A stretch of DNA of 36,650 bases from Chrysochromulina tobinii. Its lineage: Eukaryota. The stretch spans positions 1 to 36,650 of the forward strand of contig JWZX01001800.1 of NCBI GenBank assembly GCA_001275005.1, read 5' to 3'. The translations under genes were made by a program, and so were the position numbers. Below the pieces are notes generated by a model. It searched no databases, had not been told where the DNA came from, and saw only the letters and a program-made list of their open reading frames with translations. Shown in pieces: positions 10,901 through 19,264 of the stretch; positions within the stretch are counted from its first letter, which is position 1; every line of letters begins with the position of its first letter.

Positions 10901-12646
10901 GTGAACATGCACCTGGACACCTCGTCCCCGTCCTCCCTACGATCGTTTGTGGCGACGGGCGTCGCGCCGCAGCTTGTGCAGCTGGCCCAGGCGGGTCTCG
11001 AGTGCGAGAATCTCGAGTATCTCAAGGGAGAGACCCATTACATTGCGGCGACGATGAGGAAGAAGACGTTGCTCACCGAGGGGGTGCTCAAGGCTGATGC
11101 CGTGGGCCCCGCACTCCTGCACGCGAGCAACGTCGACATCGAGCAGCTGCTGCGCTTAGGGCGTAACCTCGCTACCTTTGTCGGCATCCCAGACTCTGCG
11201 CCTTTTGCAGACTTCCACCCTGTGAAGCTCTTCGACTTCAGCTCGCGCGCGCGCTGTATTGCTCCCTTTCGCGTGCTCGGCGTCGACCCGACCAACCAAC
11301 CCTGCTGCCTCGACCTGGAGGTGTGCGCGTGCCTGCGCGAGGCGCAGAGTCGCTATCTCGCCCACGAGGTGGCGCAGCAGGAGGCCGTCGTCCGCAGCTG
11401 CGAGGCGAAGCGCAACGAGGCAGCGCAGGCCATCGAGACGGCAGCGGCCGCGGTGGCCGCCGCCAAGGAAGCGTTGCGCGCTGCGACGAGCACACACGAG
11501 AAAAAGGCGCGCGTGCAAAAGCTGGCCGAGGGAGAGGCAGTGCTGACACGAGCACAGCAGGCCCTCCCTCCACTCGAGGCACAGACGGTGAGCGTGATTG
11601 CATGCCTGACTACCTGTGATTGCCTGTGATTGTCGCCCTCATCAGGCCCTCCCTCCACTCGAGTCCCAGACGGGTGAGCGCTCGCGCCATTGATTGCCAT
11701 TGATTGCCTCCCTCATCAGGTGAGCGCTCGAGCCAAACTCGAGGTGCACGTGGACATTGATTGACATTGATTGCCGTCGATTGCCTCCCTCATCAGGTGA
11801 GCGCTCGAGCCAAACTCGAGGTGCACGTGGAGGCCGACGCCGCTTGGAGGCAACGGTGCTCCGCAGCGCGTGGTGCGAAGAGCCTGTGCCCCGTCTTCCC
11901 CATCGGCGACGCGCTGCTGGAGCCGTTTTGGCCGCAGGTGAATGTGAATGTGAATGTGAATGTGAATGTGAATGTGAATGTGAATGTGAATACTTGGATG
12001 ACTGGAGCCGTTTTGGCCGCAGGGGTTGGGCTCGAATCGGGGCTTCCACAGCGCACTGGATGCGGCATGGTCCATGTATGAGATGCAGTGCCACGGCGTC
12101 GTCGAGCAGGCGCTGATCGAGCGAGCGTTTGCGTATGATGTGATGCTGCACACCGCCTTTGCCAAGGGCTGTGTGCAGCCCGGGGCTGGTTGGACGGCGG
12201 ACAGCATGACCCGGTACCCATTGCATGCTGATTGCCTCCCTCATTGTGTGCAGCCCGGGGCTGGTTGGACGGCGGACAGCATGACCCGGTACCCATTGCA
12301 TGCTGATTGCCTCCCTCATTGTGTGCAGCCCGGGGCTGGTACCAGCCGAGTCTGATCAAGGTCGAATTGCATGCTGATTGCCTCCCTCATTGTGTGCAGC
12401 CCGGGGCTGGTACCAGCCGAGTCTGATCAAGGTCGAATTGCATGCTGATTGCCTCCCTCATTGCATGCTGATTGCCTCCCTCATTGCAGGTACCAGCCGA
12501 GTATGATCAAGGGCACGATGCTCACGTACGAGGACTCGGCGTCGAAGCGAAGCCATAAGGGGCGTGCGGCCGTGCCGCCCCGCTACCTGACGCTGATCGG
12601 CGCGTCGCTGGCGGTGCTCGGGGCGACGCCTAGCGATCGGAAGTAG
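7999..12646 (+). CDS. MICAL-type FAD-dependent monooxygenase with N-terminal myristoylation-like motif; exons 7999-9228, 9367-9473, 9630-10066, 10152-10705, 10784-11587, 11797-11937, 12023-12213, 12490-12646
   Basis: The spliced product has VVVISGAGPVGLRCAVECALYG...FSRVNILTLWP...LGAKLFY, FDALVIAEG, ENLEYLKGETHY, and IGDALLEPFWPQ|GLGSNRGFHSALDAAW, which parallel the MICAL monooxygenase motifs. N-terminus MGACASK. Confidence 0.8.
9229..9366 (+). other. Intron made of two tandem 69-bp units, each starting with a copy of the downstream exon start (GTGCGCCAGC) and ending CCCTCATCAG
   Basis: Units 9229-9297 and 9298-9366; removal gives RAL|VRQRE in frame with the GAGPVG motif. Confidence 0.8.
9474..9629 (+). 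other. Intron: two units of an 18-bp downstream-exon copy (GTGCGCTCTCTATGGGAT) + GATTGCCACT array + type-1 cassette
   Basis: Phase-2 removal restores GA|G TGC GCT CTC TAT GGG ATG (ECALYGM). Confidence 0.8.
11938..12022 (+). other. Intron: (GTGAAT)n microsatellite donor + copy of the upstream exon end supplying the acceptor
   Basis: CTGGAGCCGTTTTGGCCGCAGG appears before the intron and again at its end; removal restores EPFWPQ|GLGSNRGF. Confidence 0.8.
12214..12489 (+). other. Patchwork intron with several copies of upstream and downstream exon fragments and cassette pieces
   Basis: Removal restores ACC CG|G TAC CAG (TRYQPSM). Internal repeats of TGTGTGCAGCCCGGGGCTGGT, GTACCAGCCGAGTCTGATCAAGG and TTGCATGCTGATTGCCTCCCTCATTG. 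Confidence 0.7.
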
Positions 12647-13091
12647 CGCCGCAAATCAGCGGAGCACTCAGTGCATATGAGCATTGTCAACCAGTTTTTC
12701 ACAAAACGACACGCGGGGGACCCCTCTCGCCACGTGTACGCTGCCGATATGCGTGTTTTACTTACTTACTTACTAAGCGGGGTACCGCGCCGTCGAGGTG
12801 CGCGTTTCGCCATTGGCATTGCTACGCCATGTCCTGAGACGCGGAACCAGCGGAACCGTCCACACACCAACACGTTCACTCAAATCAATCGAATGATCGT
12901 GGTGGGCGACGCACACCCACTCTTGGTGGGCGACGCACACGGATCAGAGTCGCGTACCCCGAGTCATTCGGAAATGTCCAGGATTTCATACACGCACGAT
13001 CTTCATCATCAACTTTGCCGGCGCCTCCGAAATCTTGATCTCGTTTTCGCTGCATCGACGCGACCCGCGTCCGCGATACAGTCCGTAACAA

Positions 13092-14215
13092 ATGGCCGAG
13101 GACTCGCTCGTGGATGCCGTAGCCAGCATCTCCCTTCGAGAGCTGAATCATGACGTGGTTCGTCTCGTCGCGGTTGCGCTGACCGAGTCGGCATCGCGTC
13201 GCGTGTCGTCGTCGTCAGCTGCTGCATTCAACCCTGCTGACTTTGCTGCCGAACAACACGCACGAAATTGCGCTGGAGCCACGGAAATCGCCGCAATGCT
13301 GCAGGTGTGTCGGGGTTGGCGCGCAGCCATCTGTGCGACGGACGAGATCTGGGCCCGGCTGCTGCAGGCAGCTTTCCCGCGCCTGAACTTTGACGAACGT
13401 GCCGCATCATTTCGGCGAATCTTTGTTGCCGTGCAGCAAGCGCAACGGCTGAACTCCGAGCCGCCGGTGACGAGGACGCCCCCACACTCACCCGGCGCGT
13501 CGCTCGCCGACTTCACCTTCGTCATCATGGCGCGCTTCCAGCGCTGGGATGAGAATGAGCCCGTCGACGACCTCGACCGCGAGGTGCTCGAAAGCAGCGG
13601 CCCGATTGAGACATGGGCGGGAGGCATGAGCGCGTCCAGCCTCGGATCCCGACCGGACACGGAGGCGCCCTTCTTAGGCCTCCTGCAATGCGACGCCGCC
13701 GTATGCACCCTGAGCGTCTACGTCACCGCTCCGCCCGACGCCGAGGGTCGATGTCGCACGTGGCCACTCTATCGGGAGGGCGTGGCCGAGGGGAGCGATG
13801 AGGACTGCAGCGAGATGTGCGTGCCCCTCCCATGGCCTCTCTCATGGCCTCTCTCATGGCCTCAGACTGCCTCTCTCATGGCCTCGGACTGCCTCTCTTA
13901 TGGCCTCGGACTGCCTCTCTCCGCAGGTTCACGTACTACACCACACAAGAGTTGCCGTACGCGCACTACGCCGTTGGTGTGAATGACCTCGACGACTTCG
14001 GCGAGGACGGTGTGAAGTTCACGATGATGCCGCGCAATTACGAGGGAAGCGTCTCACTCGGCCTCCAATATGACGATCAGCTCTACGAAGAGGACTGTGT
14101 GCGCTACCTGCGTGGGGAGCCGATTACGACCCACCTCGTCGATCGCGAGCTCGCCGCGCGGCTCGACGCCGAGAATGGCCCCTGGAAAGTACCGGTACTG
14201 TCAGACACTAGTTAG
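13092..14215 (+). CDS. F-box-like protein; exons 13092-13816 and 13927-14215
   Basis: N-terminal LRELNHDVVRLV...MLQVCRGWRAAICATDEIWARLL resembles an F-box. The GT-AG intron 13817-13926, filled with CATGGCCTCTCT-type repeats, joins AT|G TTC in frame. Confidence 0.6.
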
Positions 14216-14318
14216 TGTACATTGTACCGTACAATCATCTTCCTCCTTCTCTTGTCGTTCGGAGCTGACCTTTTCGCTCAACTCGAAGAAGCGTTGTCGG
14301 TTGCCGGGTTGGATAGCG

Positions 14319-17300
14319 ATGCGGCCCAGAACAGCCTTTGTCGAGTATGGCGGCGGCGCCTTGACCGGCGCGTCGCGCACGGGCACCACGCCGCGGCTGC
14401 ACAGCTCGCCCGCCCTGCAGATGGTCACCGGCGGGTCCACCAACCAGACAGCGCTCTACCAGCCGACATATGAGTACCGCGTGCTGCCTGGGCCATTGAC
14501 TACACCGCCCGGGGCCATGAGCATGGAGTCCAAGGGCATGCAGATGGAGCTCGTCGCGACCAGCGAGCTTGAGGGCGCCAAGAAACGACTCGTCGACGCG
14601 GCCGTGGGGGCGGCGGTCAAGGCAGCCAAGGCGAAGGCGGCCAAGGATCATCTGCATGGCGAGGAGGCGGCGGCCGCTGAGGCGGAGGCAGCGGCGAAGG
14701 CCAAGAGCGCTGAGCCCTCGATGGTCGACCTCATCAACGCCATCCGCACGGAACGGAAGGAGAGCGGCATGGCGCCCGAGCAGGTGCCCGCTCTCGACCA
14801 GGTAGTGGCCCTGCTCCCTCACACCACCGGAGCCAAGTGGCGGCTCGAGCTGCAGTGCACCGGATGGCAGAGCGCCGTTGGAGTGATGACCGAGGCGCCC
14901 ACCGCCACCTTCAAGCTCGCGCGCGCGGGGCAGCTGGCCCTCGATCGGCGCCTCTCCGCGCGCAGCGCCGTCGTGGGCACGGATGGCAAATGCTCGCACT
15001 GGTCCGAATGGCAACACGTCGAGCCGCCGCCCATCCATATTAGGCAGCGGCACGTCGAGCCGCCGCCCACCCATATTAGGCAAGTCGGTGGCGACAGGTC
15101 GACGACGATCATCGGGCGCGCCGCTGCTGATGAGACGGCAGCCAAGGTCGCGGCTGAGGCGGCGGCAGTGGAGGCGGTAGCGGCGGTTGAGGTGCGCATG
15201 AGGCAGGAGGCGCAGGCGCAGCTGGAGGCGCTGCAGCAGCAGCAGCAGCACGCGCTCGAGACGGCGCTCGCCCAGCAGCGCGCCGAGCTGAGCGCTAGCT
15301 TTGAGGCGCGCCTGGCGGATCGGGAGGCGCGCCTGGCGGATCTGGAGGCGCGCCTGGCCGCCGAGAGCGTGGCGCGCCATAGTGAGCCCTTGCATGCGCG
15401 CGAGGCCGCCGAGAGCGCGGCGCGCCATAGTGAGCACTTGCATGCGCGCAACGCGGCAGGCCCGGTGCACCCCGCACGTTACTCCATCGTCGACCTGAGC
15501 GAGGCCGCGACTCCACAAGGCGGCGCGATCGACATCGTCGAAGATCTTGAGGATGCGGAGAAGTACTACACGGACGTCACCAAGGGGAGGGTGCCTCCTC
15601 AGAAACCAGAAAGGCCGCGGCTGATCATAATGTATGGCCCGCCTGGATGCGGCAAGAGCTACGCGCTCAAGGCGCTATACAAGCTCAAGAACTGGTCGAA
15701 AGAGGAGTTTGTCCACCTCGACCCCGATGAGTGTCGCATGTACTGCCGCGAGTACCGCCTGTGCATCTCCGGGGCTCACGCAGCGAAGTTGCAGTCGGTG
15801 CAGGAGGAGTATGGCGACCGGCTGAAGCCTACAAAGTGGATTTCGCCCGACGGCAAGTTCGAAGAGGACGGGTTCACTGTCGACGGTCACTACCTTGCGC
15901 TCTCGAGCGCCACCATGCGCTCGCAGTTCCTTGTGCGAAAGAAGATGCTCTGGCCGCACAAAGAGGAGAAGATGACGGACGCCTTTGTTGACCGTGCGTT
16001 CGTCGCTGGCTACCATGTCGTCTACGACACAATGGGCAAAGAGCCAGATAAGTTCCTGAGAGAACTGATGAGTCGCGCGCGCAGGAACCACAACTACCAG
16101 GTCTTTGTCTGCGGCTGCTTTGCGCCCTGGGAGATGGTGTACAGCCGAGGCCGCATGCGCGCGCTCGAAACAGGGCGGGATGTCAACGCGGGCTTCGCGC
16201 TCGAACAGTTTGAGAACATTTTCCGGCGCGCGAACGGGCAGCTCCGGCCGGGTGAAGTGGACCGATCGCACCACGACAGATTCGAAAAGGAGCTCCGGGA
16301 AGGAGACGAGCTGTTCCTCTTCGACCATTCGGTTCAAGACGAGGATCTGAAGGTGGCCTTGCACTCAGTCAAAGGATCCGACGACTCCTCACGAGACGGT
16401 GAATTTCAACTGGAGGTGCAAGAGCAGCAGCAGGAAGTGGAACCCGACCCTCTGGATGCGGACACGCTGCTCAAACACTTCGATTCGTCCAACCCGGGCA
16501 AATCCGATGCGCCTGTGCAATTATGCGTGGAAGAATGCTCGGCAATGCTCAACGCGCAGACTCGGATGAGGACCACCATCGATGAACTCGCGCATCAGCT
16601 CAAGGAGATGAAGAAAATGGGTACAGAGTTGATGCGCAAGCAAGACCTTTCTCATCACAAAAAGGACATCACAAAGCTCGAGAAGAAAATTTCGGAGAAG
16701 ACGAAGGACTTGGAGGAATTGGAGAAGAGATACCCTGAACGGCGGGACAACACGATCTCGCAGTACACCCCGCTCCTCAGCCAGTCGGTCTTCCGTTTCG
16801 ACGCAGCGTACGAAAAGCTGCGCAAAAAAGAGAAGCAGCGCATCGAGAAGGGCGCACCGGCAATCAAGGAAGACGCACTCGAGCACATGAAGGTGCGCTG
16901 CGAAGAGGTGAACAAGCTCAAGGTGGATATGGTGCAGCCCTTGGCGAAGAATGACTTCACCGACGCCGACGATGCTCTCAACACTCTACTGGCGTTGATC
17001 CATAAGGCGAAGAAAGCCGTTCCAGTGCTCAAGGAGGTTATGGACGCGGTTCAGTCGCATGTTGAGAAAACGTGCCAAGAGTGCCAAGATGAGAAGCAAG
17101 AGTGCCAAGTTGAGAAGGGTAAGGTGACACTCGAGGGCCCTTCAATCAAGGGCGTGCCGCGCTGCTGCGCCAAGGTTGCTGAAGAATATGCCGGCAACTA
17201 CCGGAAGCTTTGCGACCTCGTGCGCTGCACCCTTGTCTTTCCGTCCCTGCACGCGATGGCTGTCGCCTTGAGCTTCCTCACCGACGGCGGACCTTGGACC

Positions 17301-18665
17301 GGCGACGACCAGCACAAGGGCTATCAGGGGGTATCGCCCCACTTGTCTCGCGCAATTGTCTGCCGCGCCAAGGATCGCATGAAACCCGACTTCGACGCAA
17401 GGAAAGCCGGTGGGAACCGCGACATCCTTCTCAACCTGTGGCTCAAGCTCGAGGATTCGGATTGGATCCTCGCTGAGCTGCAGCTGCACGTCAAGCCACT
17501 CTTTGATCTCAAGCACCGTCTTCACGTGCTGTACAAGGGAGCGCGCATCCTCGGTGCGCTCGAACCGGAGACGGTTGAGCATCAGGGCCAGCTCACCGCG
17601 CAAGCACTTGATCGCGCGGGTAGGGGCATTGTGCTCCACCTCAAGTGCTCCAACTCAACGCTCGATGAGCATCAGGAGAAGCTACAAGAGTTGCTGCAGA
17701 AGGACGAGTGCCCGCTTCTTGAGCTTTCGCTGAAAAGCTTTTCGGCTGTGTGGCAAAACGCGTGGAAGGGGGAAAAGAAGCCCTATTGGCCTCCTATCAC
17801 TAAGGATTCGTTGCGGCAGTCTCGAAAGATGAACGACTTCAATTGCTCGCTGCACGACCTGCTCATCAAAAGCGACGACCAGCAGCTCCATTGCCGCCGG
17901 CTGCGTACGCTCGACCTCAAGGGCCGTGGACTGCACGGCACGCTCCCGGAGAAGCTCGCGACCTGTATAGAAATGGAGACCCTGCATCTGGGCTATAATA
18001 GCCTCAAAGGTCCGATCCCGAGGGCCTTCAAGTTCATGACGAAGCTCAAAAACTTGAGCCTCAACTACTGCGAGCTCACTGGCGAGCTACCTGCAGAGCT
18101 CGGCGAGCTCAAAAACCTCGAGCGCCTCTGTCTGGACAACAACAAGCTGACGGGCTGCATCCCATCGAGGTTCGGTGGCCTGTCGGGCGTGGAGAAGGAG
18201 AAGATGAATGAGCTCGCGAAACAGAAAAAAGAGGCAGAGAAAAGCGGCTCCAAGATGGGCAAAGACGATGAGGCACGGCTGAAGGAGCTCACTCGGTTGC
18301 ACAAGGAAGCAGGCCTGACGAAGCTAAAGGGATTGTTCCTGAACGACAATCAGCTGAGCGGTGCGATTCCGGACACGCTCGCGAACTGCCGGGCGCTCGA
18401 AAGAGTGGATTTGACCAACAACCGATTGACCGGCACGGTGCCTCCGGTGTGGCTTGTTGAGAAGCAGTGGCCGAAGCTCGAGTTTTTCTGGCTCTACAAT
18501 AATGAGCACATGACTCAGGACAGTGGCCGCCTCGAGCAGCTGGAGCAGATCGCTAGGGATGGCGACGCATACTGGAAGCGTGTCGTGGATGAGTCAAAGT
18601 GGCGAACCGTTCGCCTGGAGGCCAGTCGTTCGCCCTCCCGTAGCCCCGGCGACGGACCCGCATGA
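14319..18665 (+). CDS. Large intronless multidomain protein: coiled coil, zeta-toxin-like P-loop kinase, RelA/SpoT-synthetase-like nucleotidyltransferase, C-terminal leucine-rich repeats
   Basis: IIMYGPPGCGKS...HLDPDECR...VVYDTMG...RALETGRDV (about 15620-16330); IKGVPRCCAKVAEEY...LCDLVRCTLVF...GGNRDILLNL...LAELQLHV (about 17140-17500); repeated LxxLxLxxNxLtGxIP (about 17900-18500). Start uncertain (ATG 14319 or 14421). Confidence 0.8.
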   Translation: MRPRTAFVEYGGGALTGASRTGTTPRLHSSPALQMVTGGSTNQTALYQPTYEYRVLPGPLTTPPGAMSMESKGMQMELVATSELEGAKKRLVDAAVGAAVKAAKAKAAKDHLHGEEAAAAEAEAAAKAKSAEPSMVDLINAIRTERKESGMAPEQVPALDQVVALLPHTTGAKWRLELQCTGWQSAVGVMTEAPTATFKLARAGQLALDRRLSARSAVVGTDGKCSHWSEWQHVEPPPIHIRQRHVEPPPTHIRQVGGDRSTTIIGRAAADETAAKVAAEAAAVEAVAAVEVRMRQEAQAQLEALQQQQQHALETALAQQRAELSASFEARLADREARLADLEARLAAESVARHSEPLHAREAAESAARHSEHLHARNAAGPVHPARYSIVDLSEAATPQGGAIDIVEDLEDAEKYYTDVTKGRVPPQKPERPRLIIMYGPPGCGKSYALKALYKLKNWSKEEFVHLDPDECRMYCREYRLCISGAHAAKLQSVQEEYGDRLKPTKWISPDGKFEEDGFTVDGHYLALSSATMRSQFLVRKKMLWPHKEEKMTDAFVDRAFVAGYHVVYDTMGKEPDKFLRELMSRARRNHNYQVFVCGCFAPWEMVYSRGRMRALETGRDVNAGFALEQFENIFRRANGQLRPGEVDRSHHDRFEKELREGDELFLFDHSVQDEDLKVALHSVKGSDDSSRDGEFQLEVQEQQQEVEPDPLDADTLLKHFDSSNPGKSDAPVQLCVEECSAMLNAQTRMRTTIDELAHQLKEMKKMGTELMRKQDLSHHKKDITKLEKKISEKTKDLEELEKRYPERRDNTISQYTPLLSQSVFRFDAAYEKLRKKEKQRIEKGAPAIKEDALEHMKVRCEEVNKLKVDMVQPLAKNDFTDADDALNTLLALIHKAKKAVPVLKEVMDAVQSHVEKTCQECQDEKQECQVEKGKVTLEGPSIKGVPRCCAKVAEEYAGNYRKLCDLVRCTLVFPSLHAMAVALSFLTDGGPWTGDDQHKGYQGVSPHLSRAIVCRAKDRMKPDFDARKAGGNRDILLNLWLKLEDSDWILAELQLHVKPLFDLKHRLHVLYKGARILGALEPETVEHQGQLTAQALDRAGRGIVLHLKCSNSTLDEHQEKLQELLQKDECPLLELSLKSFSAVWQNAWKGEKKPYWPPITKDSLRQSRKMNDFNCSLHDLLIKSDDQQLHCRRLRTLDLKGRGLHGTLPEKLATCIEMETLHLGYNSLKGPIPRAFKFMTKLKNLSLNYCELTGELPAELGELKNLERLCLDNNKLTGCIPSRFGGLSGVEKEKMNELAKQKKEAEKSGSKMGKDDEARLKELTRLHKEAGLTKLKGLFLNDNQLSGAIPDTLANCRALERVDLTNNRLTGTVPPVWLVEKQWPKLEFFWLYNNEHMTQDSGRLEQLEQIARDGDAYWKRVVDESKWRTVRLEASRSPSRSPGDGPA

Positions 18666-19264
18666 ACGCGGCGATTTCGTCAATTCCGATACCACGCGAA
18701 CGCTTGAAACCGTCTGCCCGTCATGCGGGCGGGGATGTGATCATTATGCCGGGGATGTCTCTACAGTTGCTTCACAGTGCCCACGACTGCTCCGCTCGTC
18801 CACTCATACTTATAAACCGTTTTAAACCCGTTACCACGTAGCAACATGTGTCGAATACGGGCGCCTATGTATTGAAAATGCAAACATTAATAATAATATA
18901 ATGCTGTTTCGCAAGCGTGACGGCGGTCGCCGGTCGGCCGTGCGTGCTGTGCGTGAGTGTGCTGTGTGGTGTGTGCGGTGCGGACTGGTTGAGACGTCTT
19001 GAACCATTACACCAGGCGTCCGTCCCGGGTCGTCAATTATTATATTGTTTGGAATTTATACTTATCCAACTAGATCCTACCGTGAATGTTATTACTGTGA
19101 GTGTGTCCTCCATTACATTTCATTACAGTCCTCCAGAGACAGTCCACAGGTATCAGGTTCCCCTGCTCCTTACCTCCTTTGCGTACACGTTCGACCTTGG
19201 AGCTCAGGGTCATGGCATATTGGGCATAATGATTGCGCTTTTTGGGGTGGATCTGGCGGACCAT

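Noticed and set aside
11938..11991. (GTGAAT)n as telomeric repeat or poly-VN/HI coding tract
   Set aside because: It is internal, unlike TTAGGG-type repeats, and lies within an intron whose removal restores the MICAL motif.
18826..19264. AT-richer stretch as ncRNA or the 123-aa ORF at 18917
   Set aside because: No tRNA/rRNA/snRNA features were recognised; it is consistent with convergent 3' UTR or intergenic DNA.
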